Positions 29,124 to 38,792 of a DNA stretch of 64,000 bases are shown here, one piece after another. How positions within the stretch are numbered: position 1 is the stretch's first letter; every line of letters starts with the position of its first letter. A program made the translations under genes and the position numbers. The notes beneath the pieces are model-generated. The model was not told the origin of the DNA, made no database searches, and saw nothing but the letters and a program-made list of their open reading frames with translations. Source of the stretch: a virus (taxonomy: Duplodnaviria; Caudoviricetes); IMG/VR virus record IMGVR_UViG_3300044627_003892; one strand, written 5' to 3'.

Positions 29124-30428
29124 TTAGTTAATACCTAATCCTTTTAAAAAGTCATCAAAATCCTCATCATCATCGTCGTCATCATCCTCATATTTTTTCA
29201 TAGTATCTTCATATTCTTCTTCTTTAAGTTCGGCAATGATTTCATCAACCATATCTTTTACCATTTTCTTTCCTTTTGGTGAACTTGATAAAATTTCACG
29301 AGCCATTGCAAAGAATTCATTTGGGGTAAGTTCTGCAAACTTAACAAGGAAATATTGTTGTAAGTTTCTCTTATCATCATCAAATAATTCATCAGGATAA
29401 GCTTCACGGAACTTTTGCCAAATAACAGGACCTAGTCTCATATCCCATATTTCACCAACAACAGTGTCTTGTGAATTGATTACAGCTTCTTGTCTTGTTT
29501 TATCTTTTGGTAATCCGTATGTTCCTGCAATTTCCATAACACCTTTAGCAAGTTCATGAATAAGGATTGGTAAGTTAACACCACGAGCCTTTACTGTTGG
29601 TGGGTCAGTCTTAGCATCTAACTCAGACATACCATATGTTGACTCTCCACCACCTGCCATACCTTGAACCATTGAGTCAGGCATTAACCAATAAAGAGAA
29701 TCTGCAAATGACATAAAGACACCATACATATTCAGTAATCTTGGGTTAATAGCATTTAACTCTCTGTTTAATAATTCAAACATATAAGAAGATTGTTTAG
29801 CAGCACCCTGAATAAGTGAATTGATAAACCTTCTTTTTGCCTTTTCCAAATCAAATTTTTCAAATGAATCTATAAAATCTTCAAGTTGTTCTTGTTCTTC
29901 TTCAGAACCAAACATATCTTCAATTTCTTCATCACTTGGTTCTTCACCTTTAGCCGATAACTTACTTGAGTCAATATCATTTGGTTTAACCAATTTTACA
30001 TCATATTGTAATGCTCCTTCAGGAATACCAAATTCTTTTTGAACAAGTTCAATAGCAAGTTCCTCCAAGTATTCTTTGTTTTCAGATTCAATCTGTGCAA
30101 TTTCTTGCATAGCGTTCATTACCATCATCTGAAGTCTCATCATTGAATTCTGTGATGTTACATCCTCAAGACCTGTATATCTTTTTAATCTACCGATAAC
30201 ATCTTTAAATCTTTGGGATGCAATAAGTTGTTCAAAGTTAGATGGTTTATCCGGACCTTCAGGTGTGATTTCAGGAAATGCCTTACTACCTGAATGAGGT
30301 GTTTCACCTTTTTCAAATTTAGATTGAATATCAGGAGCCATTTTTTCAGGTCCTTCATATCCGATAGGTGCCTCATTAATTCGGTTAACCAATCTTTTTA
30401 CTAATTGTTCTTTTTTCATCTTACTCAC
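29124..30428 (-). CDS. Hypothetical protein
   Basis: 434-aa ORF with acidic tail, in the operon upstream of terL. Confidence 0.8.
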   Translation of the reverse strand: MSKMKKEQLVKRLVNRINEAPIGYEGPEKMAPDIQSKFEKGETPHSGSKAFPEITPEGPDKPSNFEQLIASQRFKDVIGRLKRYTGLEDVTSQNSMMRLQMMVMNAMQEIAQIESENKEYLEELAIELVQKEFGIPEGALQYDVKLVKPNDIDSSKLSAKGEEPSDEEIEDMFGSEEEQEQLEDFIDSFEKFDLEKAKRRFINSLIQGAAKQSSYMFELLNRELNAINPRLLNMYGVFMSFADSLYWLMPDSMVQGMAGGGESTYGMSELDAKTDPPTVKARGVNLPILIHELAKGVMEIAGTYGLPKDKTRQEAVINSQDTVVGEIWDMRLGPVIWQKFREAYPDELFDDDKRNLQQYFLVKFAELTPNEFFAMAREILSSSPKGKKMVKDMVDEIIAELKEEEYEDTMKKYEDDDDDDDEDFDDFLKGLGIN

Positions 30429-31341
30429 CTTTTAATTTAATATTCATTTTGCCAAAATTCAAATATGATGGTAATTCACCCTTTGGTCTTGGTTCAGCAT
30501 CAGGCGCTGGTTTGAAAGGATTTTTTCTCGTAGGAGTAGTTGTTTTTTCCTTTTCTTTAGTTCTTTCCTTTTCTTTAGTTCCTGAACCTTTTGGTCTTGG
30601 TTCAGTATCTGGAGATGGTTTGAAAGGATTTTTTCTTGTAGGAGTAGTTGTCTTTTCCTTCTCTTTTGTTTTTTCTTTCTCTTTAGTTCCTGAAGATTCT
30701 ATCATTTCTGAATTTTCTTTAGTTACTTTTTTTCTCATTAAATTCATTAAATCTTTTTTAGTAATTGCTGGTCTTATATTTGCTTCAACAATCTCTCTCA
30801 TTTTTTGTTCCAAAATTACTTCATATGGATTTTTACCTTCTTTTAATGACTTTTTGACACCAAGAACACATCTTTCAAATTTTTTATCTTCACCTTTAGT
30901 GTAATCATCTTTCTTTTTACCTTCCAATCCTAATGATGATGTACAAATTGCAAAAGGATTTTTTTCAACTTTTTTCTTTGTTGTTTTTTTACCCTCAATC
31001 ATTTCCCCTTCTTTGGTTGTTGCCATGATTTTTTTAGTTGTTGGGTCTTGAGTAATAGTTACCCCATTAACTGTTGCCCCTTTATCACCAATTTGATAAG
31101 TTTTTTGATTCGGGTTTACCGGAATTGCTTGTTCCTTAGATTCAGATTTTTTAACTGAAGTCATTCTACCAATAGGTTTATCCATTCCGACAAAACCTTG
31201 AGCATTTATCATACTCTCGTGTAAGTTTTTAATTTCTTTCAATGTCATTTTTGATAAAGTGTTTTTACTAACACCCATCTTAATGATTTCTTGGATTTGT
31301 TTTTCTGTTACCATTTTCTTCAAATTCTTTATAATACTCAA
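30421..31341 (-). CDS. Hypothetical basic protein with internal duplication
   Basis: 306 aa; start could be MVTEKQ; 36-aa duplicated C-terminal unit. Confidence 0.75.
   Translation of the reverse strand: MSIIKNLKKMVTEKQIQEIIKMGVSKNTLSKMTLKEIKNLHESMINAQGFVGMDKPIGRMTSVKKSESKEQAIPVNPNQKTYQIGDKGATVNGVTITQDPTTKKIMATTKEGEMIEGKKTTKKKVEKNPFAICTSSLGLEGKKKDDYTKGEDKKFERCVLGVKKSLKEGKNPYEVILEQKMREIVEANIRPAITKKDLMNLMRKKVTKENSEMIESSGTKEKEKTKEKEKTTTPTRKNPFKPSPDTEPRPKGSGTKEKERTKEKEKTTTPTRKNPFKPAPDAEPRPKGELPSYLNFGKMNIKLKGE
30479..30694. repeat. 108-nt coding duplication x2
   Basis: Encodes SGTKEKE(K/R)TKEKEKTTTPTRKNPFKPxPDxEPRPKG twice. Confidence 0.85.
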
Positions 31342-31699
31342 GGATTATGTCCTTTTCGTATAGTTTATCTTTAACCTGTTGTTCACTCATTCCAAAGTGA
31401 AACACTAATCTATTATCTATATCACTATCTTTTTCCCATCCTAATGCTACGACATTATCAATAGCATCTTTCATACAAAAAAAATCGGAGTTTTGAATGA
31501 GCTCCATATCTATTCCGTCTCTATTCAATACTCCTACTTTTTTAATTTCTTTGGTATCAGGTGGTGTTGGGTTCCCATTCGCAGGATTTGTATCCCAATC
31601 ATCACCAAATACTTCAGTCGTTTCTGAGAAAATAAACTCGTAAGTTTTATTTCCTCTATAATTCGCCCCTAGTCCGTTAATAAAAACTAAATAACTCAT
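31280..31699 (-). CDS. Hypothetical protein
   Basis: 139-aa ORF with ATGA-type coupling. Confidence 0.75.
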   Translation of the reverse strand: MSYLVFINGLGANYRGNKTYEFIFSETTEVFGDDWDTNPANGNPTPPDTKEIKKVGVLNRDGIDMELIQNSDFFCMKDAIDNVVALGWEKDSDIDNRLVFHFGMSEQQVKDKLYEKDIILEYYKEFEENGNRKTNPRNH

Positions 31700-32964
31700 A
31701 GGATATTACCTTGTGGAGATACCTTAAGTTGTTTGTTTTTATTTTCAAACACTAAATTACCTTTATTAGTTTTACCTACAAAAGTAATAAATGGGAAATT
31801 GCTAACAATCTTTTTTGATATTTCAGATTGAGCCTCAGTTAATGATAACCTTTCAATTTCTTTTGAGTATCTTACTTTTCTTGATTCTGAAATAACTTTT
31901 TGTTCTTGTTTTTTTTCTTTAATGAACTTTTTTTCGTTTTCATTAACTACAACATATTTTTTCAAAATTTTATCTACTTGAGACTCTCCGAAAACTTTAG
32001 AAAACATTCCGTCTAAATAATCCGCTTCTCCCATCTCTTCAAGTTTTGGTTCTTTCTCTGTTGAAGTTTCCTCTTCTGAATCAACATCAAATTCATCACT
32101 TTCTTCATCTTCTGAACCCATATCATCCATTTCATAGTCGGACTCTTCCTCACCTTCAAATCTTGTTAAGATTTCTTCTTTATCGTCTTCGTCTAATAAA
32201 TTTAAGTCTAATGCCGACAATATTGAATTAATAATATACTTAACATCTTTACTTGATAATTCTTCTTCATTACCTGAATAATCTCTAATCTTTTGAGCTA
32301 ACTTTCCAGTTAACTTTTGGATAGATTTAAATGTAACAGGTTCTCCCTCACCACCTTCTAATGGTTCTTCATCGTCCTCAGGCATATCATCCATTCCACC
32401 CATATCATCCATTCCACCCATATCATCTGAAGGTAACGAACCATCTGGAGATATTGCCAAATCATCATCTGATGGAGGAGTAGGTGACGATTCAGGTGAT
32501 GGTGCAGGTGCTGGTGATGGTGCAGGTGCTGGTGCTGGTGGAGGTAAATCTGAAGGTGCTTCAGTTGGAGCTTCAACCTTTGGTTGAGGGGTCTTCAACA
32601 TATATTTTTTATCTTCAGTAAATAAAGATATACCTTCACTAATACCATTAACTCTATTAATTTCACCAGCCATTAAATTTAATTTTCTCATTGCTGCTGA
32701 ATATGAAGAAAAATGTTTTCTATTTTTAATAGGGTCGATATATTCTGAAGTCGATTCATTTATATCTTTTTTAATAATATATCCTAATTTTTCTTTAACA
32801 ATTGAATATCTGTTACCATCAGCCAATGTGATTCTGTAATCAATTGATGATGTTTCATTTATAGAATTTGGAATTGTTTCTTTATATCTAGCAATCTCCA
32901 TAATTCTTTGTAATTTTTCAATTCCTTGTAGTTTTTCACTACCGATTGGTTTTAGTTTACTCAT
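31696..32964 (-). CDS. Hypothetical acidic/Pro-rich protein (possible prohead core component)
   Basis: 422 aa with PAPAPS and MGGMDD low-complexity tracts. Confidence 0.7.
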   Translation of the reverse strand: MSKLKPIGSEKLQGIEKLQRIMEIARYKETIPNSINETSSIDYRITLADGNRYSIVKEKLGYIIKKDINESTSEYIDPIKNRKHFSSYSAAMRKLNLMAGEINRVNGISEGISLFTEDKKYMLKTPQPKVEAPTEAPSDLPPPAPAPAPSPAPAPSPESSPTPPSDDDLAISPDGSLPSDDMGGMDDMGGMDDMPEDDEEPLEGGEGEPVTFKSIQKLTGKLAQKIRDYSGNEEELSSKDVKYIINSILSALDLNLLDEDDKEEILTRFEGEEESDYEMDDMGSEDEESDEFDVDSEEETSTEKEPKLEEMGEADYLDGMFSKVFGESQVDKILKKYVVVNENEKKFIKEKKQEQKVISESRKVRYSKEIERLSLTEAQSEISKKIVSNFPFITFVGKTNKGNLVFENKNKQLKVSPQGNIL

Positions 32965-32969
32965 TTTTT

Positions 32970-33155
32970 TTAATTATTTAATCCATTAAATCCACCAAGG
33001 GTTATTGCAGTTAATTGAACAATAGTATCTGCAGAATTTGACATACTACTATATATTGGGTGTGGTTGTATTGATGAAGTACATGCTTCACAATTAGTCA
33101 CACCTGTATAATTAATTAACTTATAAGTATAAGTTCCCGACGAAAGTACTGCCAT
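32970..33155 (-). CDS. Small hypothetical late protein
   Basis: 61 aa; late motif at 33169-33176. Confidence 0.65.
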   Translation of the reverse strand: MAVLSSGTYTYKLINYTGVTNCEACTSSIQPHPIYSSMSNSADTIVQLTAITLGGFNGLNN

Positions 33156-33185
33156 ATTATTTTTTCTTTATAAATATACAGAAAA

Positions 33186-33947
33186 TTAAGATTTTTTTAG
33201 ATTAAGTAAAAAATCTATCTTTTGTTCCATTAGAGAAAGTTCTTTGTCTAAAAGATTATTTTCCAAATTAAATAATTTTTCTAAATAATCACTTCTTCTT
33301 AAGTATTTAAACACCAAATTCTCATAAGAATATTCACCTTCTTTTTTAAGACCTGAACTCCTATATTTTTTAAGTTTTTCTTTAAACTTTTTAATATATT
33401 CTCTTGCCTCATCAATATCTTTTTCAGTTGCGTTATCCACAACAGTGTCAATTTGACTTTTCCAGTGATTAATTTTTGATTTAAGAATTTTAGTATCAAT
33501 ATTTGAATCTTCTTTTTCAGGTTTTACATCCCATTCATCATATAGGACTGAATAAACCCCTGAACTAAAATGTGCTTCAGTAGCGTTTTGAACATAAAGT
33601 TCTACTTCATACCCAAAAATTTTAATATCATGATTTGTATTAAAAATAGTTTTTTTAACTTTAAATAACTCTTCGTAAAGAGATAGTTCAGTATCTGAAA
33701 ATTGAATAAAATCACAAACAACATGTAAATCAATATCTGAATACTCCGACCAATTATAATTGGCTAAAGAACCTGTGAAAATAACATCCTCAATTAATAA
33801 AGGGACCCCAATAAAATCAATAAATTCATTAGCAGTTTGAAGTAATTTTTCTCTCACTTCCGTTCTCAATTGCATATTCTCATCCCAAATTTTTGAGTTG
33901 AGGTTATCTTTAGAGAAAAAACTTTTGATTATATTATTATCTTTCAC
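33186..33947 (-). CDS. Pol-beta superfamily nucleotidyltransferase
   Basis: IFTGSLANYNWSEYSDIDLHV (GS...DxD) and EVELYVQ; GTG start with late motif 4 nt upstream. Confidence 0.8.
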   Translation of the reverse strand: MKDNNIIKSFFSKDNLNSKIWDENMQLRTEVREKLLQTANEFIDFIGVPLLIEDVIFTGSLANYNWSEYSDIDLHVVCDFIQFSDTELSLYEELFKVKKTIFNTNHDIKIFGYEVELYVQNATEAHFSSGVYSVLYDEWDVKPEKEDSNIDTKILKSKINHWKSQIDTVVDNATEKDIDEAREYIKKFKEKLKKYRSSGLKKEGEYSYENLVFKYLRRSDYLEKLFNLENNLLDKELSLMEQKIDFLLNLKKS

Positions 33948-33967
33948 AAATAATAAATATCAACTAA

Positions 33968-34210
33968 TTACAATCTTTTATACTTATAAACTTTTGCAAT
34001 ATTTTTATTAAAAAAACTTCCTTGTGATTCCGCCATTCTAAATTTTGTATACACATCATGTGGTACACCTTCATATTCATATTGAACACCTGTTTTAAAA
34101 TCAACAATTAGTTTTTTACTTTCGGTGTTAAAATCAGTTTTACTGATATTAGACGATTCAATTTCACAGATAATGTTAGTTCCTTTGATTGTTTCTTTTG
34201 TAATTGCCAT
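33968..34210 (-). CDS. KTSC domain protein
   Basis: ESSNI...LIVDFKTGVQYEYEGVP..VY..F..AESQGSFFNKNI, the KTSC pattern. Confidence 0.88.
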   Translation of the reverse strand: MAITKETIKGTNIICEIESSNISKTDFNTESKKLIVDFKTGVQYEYEGVPHDVYTKFRMAESQGSFFNKNIAKVYKYKRL

Positions 34211-34242
34211 AACTTTTTTTTTAATGATAAATAATTTTGAAT

Positions 34243-34250
34243 TACATTTG
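34243..34250 (+). promoter_or_regulatory. Bacteroidetes -7 element TACATTTG upstream of clpC
   Basis: TAnnTTTG match in the divergent intergenic region. Confidence 0.55.
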
Positions 34251-34298
34251 TAGTTGAATTTAAGAACAAATTCATTTAATTTTAATAAAAACTATTTT

Positions 34299-36362
34299 AT
34301 GACAGATTCAGTTGAAGAGGGTGGGAAACTACCAAAAAAAACAGAGGTAAATTCAAATACACCTGTGTTAGACAATTTTAGTCGTGACCTTATTAAACTT
34401 GCCGAAGAAGGTAAGTTAGACCCCGTTGTCGGTAGGGAAGACGAAATATTACGTATCGCCCAAATTCTTTCAAGAAGAAAGAAAAACAACCCAATTATCA
34501 TCGGTGAACCTGGTTGTGGTAAGACGGCAATTGTTGAGGGATTGGCAATGAAGATTTTTGAAGGTGATTGTCCAAGAAACTTGGTTGATAAACGTATTTT
34601 ATCATTAGAGATGAATTCGGTTGTTGCAGGAACAAAGTATCGTGGTCAATTTGAAGAACGATTAAAGGTTATCCTGGAAGAAATTCAAGCAAACCCAAAT
34701 GTTATTTTATTCATCGATGAAATCCATACGATTGTAGGTGCAGGTAACGCCTCAGGTTCAATGGACGCTTCTAACATTTTAAAACCTGCATTATCAAGAG
34801 GTGAAATACAATGTATTGGAGCAACGACATTGGATGAGTATAAAAAACAAATTGAGAAGGACGGAGCGTTAGATAGACGTTTCCAAAAAGTGGTGGTTAG
34901 TTCTTCAACAAAAGAAGAAACATTACAAATCCTTAAGAATGTTAAAGACAAATACGAAAATTATCACAAAGTAAATTATACCGATAATATTCTACAAATC
35001 TGTGTTGATTTAGCCGAGCGATATATCACCGACAGAGAGTTTCCCGATAAGGCATTTGATATTTTGGATGAAGTCGGAGCAAGAGCTCAAGTAGATGTAA
35101 AAAATCCTGAAATAATTGACGAATTAAAACGTCAGGCATTAGAGATTAAACAACAAAAATTACTTGTTGTTAAAAAACAGAATTACGAAGAAGCTGCGAA
35201 CTTAAGAGATAAAGAAAAGAAAGTTTTATCACAACTTGATATTGAAAAGAAGAAGTTTGAACAAACTCTTTTGGATAATAGAAAAACAATTTCAGAAGAA
35301 TTGGTTTACGAGGTGGTGTCAACAATGACAAAAATACCTCTAACAAAACTTAATTTAGACGATAAGATTGCTCTTATTAATTTAGAAGAAGAATTAAATA
35401 AATCAGTAATTGGACAAAAAGAAGCGGTTACAAAGATTGCAAAATCTATTCGTAGAAATAGATTAGGTATTAAAGACCCAAATAAACCAATTGGTTCATT
35501 TATATTTTTAGGTTCAACAGGTGTTGGTAAGACTTTATTGGCAAAAGAATTGGCAAAACAAATCTTTGGGAGTGATGAAAATCTTATCCGAGTTGATATG
35601 TCTGAATATCAAGATAAACATACCGTATCTCGTTTGATTGGTTCACCTCCAGGTTATGTAGGATATGATGAAGGTGGACAACTTACAGAACAGGTAAAGA
35701 CCAAACCATACTCTGTGGTATTATTTGACGAGGTTGAGAAAGCACACAAAGACATATTCTCAGCATTACTTCAACTATTGGATGAAGGGTATATGACAGA
35801 TAGTTTTGGAAGAAAAATCAATTTCAAGAACTGTTTAATCATTATGACTTCAAATCTTGGGGTAAAAAAGATGCAAGAGTTTGGAGCGGGGGTTGGATTT
35901 AGTAAGACAGGTAATGTTTATACCAACGAAGAACTTAAGAAAACAATGTTAAACAAAGAATTGAAGAACCACTTCGCACCTGAGTTTATCAATCGTTTGG
36001 ATGAGGTAATTGTATTCAACACACTTCAAAATGACGATATTCAAAAAATTGTTTTGGTTGAGGTCAACAAATTAAAGTCTCGTTTATCAAAATTGGGATA
36101 CAACATTAACTTCGGTCAGTCAGTAATTGACTTTGTTTCAAAAGTTGGATTTGATGATGTTTACGGAGCACGTCCTTTGAAGAGAGCAATCCAAGAAAAG
36201 ATTGAAGACTATATTTCAGATGAAGTATTACGTGAAAAAATTGTAATGGATAAGTCCTACAATATTGAAATCAATGAGGAGGAAGTGTCAATATCAGAAA
36301 TTGAAGTACAACCTGATGAAACACCGAAAGTGAAAAGACCAAGAAAGAAAAAGGGGGAATAA
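34299..36362 (+). CDS. clpC: ClpC-like AAA+ unfoldase lacking the N-terminal Clp-repeat domain
   Basis: GEPGCGKT/LFIDEIH (NBD1), UVR-type coil QNYEEAANLRD, GSTGVGKT/LFDEVEK (NBD2), GVGF ClpP-docking loop; sequence begins at LDNFSRDL; ATG at 34299. Confidence 0.9.
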   Translation: MTDSVEEGGKLPKKTEVNSNTPVLDNFSRDLIKLAEEGKLDPVVGREDEILRIAQILSRRKKNNPIIIGEPGCGKTAIVEGLAMKIFEGDCPRNLVDKRILSLEMNSVVAGTKYRGQFEERLKVILEEIQANPNVILFIDEIHTIVGAGNASGSMDASNILKPALSRGEIQCIGATTLDEYKKQIEKDGALDRRFQKVVVSSSTKEETLQILKNVKDKYENYHKVNYTDNILQICVDLAERYITDREFPDKAFDILDEVGARAQVDVKNPEIIDELKRQALEIKQQKLLVVKKQNYEEAANLRDKEKKVLSQLDIEKKKFEQTLLDNRKTISEELVYEVVSTMTKIPLTKLNLDDKIALINLEEELNKSVIGQKEAVTKIAKSIRRNRLGIKDPNKPIGSFIFLGSTGVGKTLLAKELAKQIFGSDENLIRVDMSEYQDKHTVSRLIGSPPGYVGYDEGGQLTEQVKTKPYSVVLFDEVEKAHKDIFSALLQLLDEGYMTDSFGRKINFKNCLIIMTSNLGVKKMQEFGAGVGFSKTGNVYTNEELKKTMLNKELKNHFAPEFINRLDEVIVFNTLQNDDIQKIVLVEVNKLKSRLSKLGYNINFGQSVIDFVSKVGFDDVYGARPLKRAIQEKIEDYISDEVLREKIVMDKSYNIEINEEEVSISEIEVQPDETPKVKRPRKKKGE

Positions 36363-36372
36363 ACCCCCTTTT
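36348..36372. terminator. Bidirectional terminator overlapping the clpC stop
   Basis: AAAAAGGGGG-aataaa-CCCCCTTTTT. Confidence 0.75.
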
Positions 36373-36378
36373 TTATTT

Positions 36379-37197
36379 TTAGAAATTATATAATTGTGAC
36401 CTATGGATAAATTCGTATTTCTGATTACCAAGTTCTTCAATCAGTTTTTTACCTGTATTCATACCAGCAAAAACTTCATGGACAACAACATATTCATTTG
36501 GTGTGTGATAGTTGTGATAACCAATTGAGAAGTTGATACAAGAGAAATCAAACTTTTTACGTAGTTGCCAAACATCAGTGTAAGGATGTTGCATATATTG
36601 AGGTTCAGACAACATACCTTCAGAAAGAACTTTTTTAGCTTTTGACTCAAATTCAGAATCCGTTTCAAAAACTTTAACACCGTAACAATATTCTGTTACC
36701 ATGTAATCGTGAGGGGCGTCAAACTGAATAGCATAACCTACATTACTAAAAAATTCAGGGTCTGCTTCTTTTGAACCCAAACAACCAACTTCTTCTGTTA
36801 CAAACAAAGCAACTTTAATTACATCAAAGACTTCTAATAACTGAAGACAGGCAAACACCCCACACTTATCATCACCACCAATACCTGTAGGGCCACCCAA
36901 GTCGTTATACGCTTTAAGTGATAAACTTAAATTACCTTTTGAATCTTTAAGTTGTTCTTCATGGATGTTGATTGTGTCAATTTTATGTACCGTATCGGTA
37001 TGTGCAACAATACAAGGATAAAATTCACCCTCATTTATTTCACCTTTTGTGACATAAACATTTCCAAAGTCATCAACTTTAAAATTGTGTTTTTTTTCGG
37101 TTAAATATTCAACCAAAAATTCAATCATTAAATCTTCTTTAAATGATTTTGTAGGTATTGACAATACCTTTTTTAAGAAATCAACATTTTCTATCAT
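36379..37197 (-). CDS. M28/M42-type zinc aminopeptidase
   Basis: IVAHTDTV, GGDDKCG, TEEVG, IQFD, GYHNYHTPNE metal-ligand motifs. Confidence 0.85.
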   Translation of the reverse strand: MIENVDFLKKVLSIPTKSFKEDLMIEFLVEYLTEKKHNFKVDDFGNVYVTKGEINEGEFYPCIVAHTDTVHKIDTINIHEEQLKDSKGNLSLSLKAYNDLGGPTGIGGDDKCGVFACLQLLEVFDVIKVALFVTEEVGCLGSKEADPEFFSNVGYAIQFDAPHDYMVTEYCYGVKVFETDSEFESKAKKVLSEGMLSEPQYMQHPYTDVWQLRKKFDFSCINFSIGYHNYHTPNEYVVVHEVFAGMNTGKKLIEELGNQKYEFIHRSQLYNF

Positions 37198-37224
37198 AGC
37201 TCATAAAGATAAGCTATTTTTCTA

Positions 37225-38304
37225 TTAAAACAATTCAGGATGATATAAAAAATTTAAGAAAGTATCATAATCAATTTTAACGGTTTGGTTAAATTTATCT
37301 TTACTATGATTACTATATGTAATAAGTATTTTTCCGTCATCAACATCTTGAATTATGAATTTGTCAGGTGTCTTTTCACCAAATGTTTTTTGTGGAGGAA
37401 ATTCATACCATTTATTAAATTCACCATACTTTAACTTTGATAATTTTTCAAGTATTTCAGAGTTTTTACGATAAGAATCAATATTATCACTATCTTCAAT
37501 TTTTTCCATGATTTTATCAAGATTCCAAGTTACACTTCTGTTAAAACCTTCATCATCATAATTTTGACTATCAAAATAAGCATAATAATCTTCATATAAA
37601 TCTTCATCAAACTGTATTCCCAATTGGTCAATACTTGTTTTTAACATATCTGAAAGTTTAGCGTCTTTGTCTTCACCAGACTTATCCCAAGTATTTAAAA
37701 GAATTGCTACAGTTGTCATGTAGAGATTAGTACATTTTTTCTCAAAGATATTTAAAGGAAGTAAAGCGTTACATAATTTAGATGTAACATATTGTCTTAA
37801 TCCTTTAACCAAGGCTTCATCATATTCACTTGAATAATCGTAAATAATACTATCTATCTCATTTGAAAATTCATTTTTTAACCACTTACAAATTTCAATA
37901 ACTTTATCGTTATGATTTCTTAAATCCTCAACGGAAAGACTAGGTCTTAATATTTTTACTATTTGTTTGACCCTATCTAAATTCTCATCATTGAAATAAT
38001 GTAGTAAATAACCCTCATCCCAATCATAATCCATGGAATAATCATCAACAAAAACATTACCTCCATAATACCCCCCTTGGAAAGCAACTCTAATTAAATA
38101 ACCGTTATTAGTTTCATCATTATTTCTAGTGAAAAGGTCAACATAATCATCACTATCAAACGTTAAATAAACCAAAGACTTACCAAGATTTTTTTCATTT
38201 ATTCTCGTAATACGTAAAATATCCTCATCGTCTTCGTACCTAACAAAATTTGCAGTAACTAAATCTTCCGTAAAATCTTTTAATGCCTGATAAAGTTGAC
38301 TCAT
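37225..38304 (-). CDS. Hypothetical acidic protein
   Basis: 359 aa; late motif at 38318-38325. Confidence 0.8.
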   Translation of the reverse strand: MSQLYQALKDFTEDLVTANFVRYEDDEDILRITRINEKNLGKSLVYLTFDSDDYVDLFTRNNDETNNGYLIRVAFQGGYYGGNVFVDDYSMDYDWDEGYLLHYFNDENLDRVKQIVKILRPSLSVEDLRNHNDKVIEICKWLKNEFSNEIDSIIYDYSSEYDEALVKGLRQYVTSKLCNALLPLNIFEKKCTNLYMTTVAILLNTWDKSGEDKDAKLSDMLKTSIDQLGIQFDEDLYEDYYAYFDSQNYDDEGFNRSVTWNLDKIMEKIEDSDNIDSYRKNSEILEKLSKLKYGEFNKWYEFPPQKTFGEKTPDKFIIQDVDDGKILITYSNHSKDKFNQTVKIDYDTFLNFLYHPELF

Positions 38305-38343
38305 TAAACTTTTTTTAAATAAATACTTGGTTAAAGAAGAATA

Positions 38344-38351
38344 TATTTATA
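38344..38351 (+). promoter_or_regulatory. Putative late promoter TATTTATA upstream of tmRNA
   Basis: Motif 27 nt upstream of the mature 5' end; overlapped by TATCTTTA (host-like variant). Confidence 0.45.
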
Positions 38352-38378
38352 TCTTTACAACATAGTTCTTTGATTTAT

Positions 38379-38761
38379 GGGGGTGTTTCTGGATTTGACA
38401 GGAATGAATTTATTATAAAACGCACGTCGGGGCTAAACTAACCCTGTAAAACTGGTTTAAAACACAAACGGCAACACAATTGCAAAACTTTCTACACTCG
38501 GTTTAATCCGTACTGAAGAAGTAACTGTAGCCTAATCTAAGATTAGTATACAACGGGGTCGGTGAGCATATAACCTTGCAACAGAAGCTTGTACCGTGGT
38601 GTGGTTTCTATCCGAAAAGGAACAAAAACCTTGTTTGTCTGTTACGGAAGGTTAATCTAAACAGAATATTTTGGAATGTTAAGAACTAACATTATCCTAA
38701 ACGTGTAGTGTTTTATCGTAAACATTTTTGGACCTGGGTTCGAAACCCAGCACCTCCACCA
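38379..38761 (+). ncRNA. ssrA: tmRNA
   Basis: 5' GGGGGTG...GGATTTGAC; 3' CTGGG-TTCGAAA-CCCAG-CACCTCC-ACCA; G3-U70 alanine determinant; tag ORF 38470-38535 GNTIAKLSTLGLIRTEEVTVA-TAA. Confidence 0.92.
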
Positions 38762-38764
38762 ATT

Positions 38765-38792
38765 AAAAAGGGACTTTTCAGTCCCTTTTTTT
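38765..38792. terminator. Bidirectional terminator after tmRNA
   Basis: AAAAAGGGACT-tttc-AGTCCCTTTTTT. Confidence 0.85.

Noticed and set aside
29124-30428. Small terminase subunit
   Set aside because: The position upstream of terL is suggestive, but 434 aa is far larger than typical TerS and no motif is recognised.
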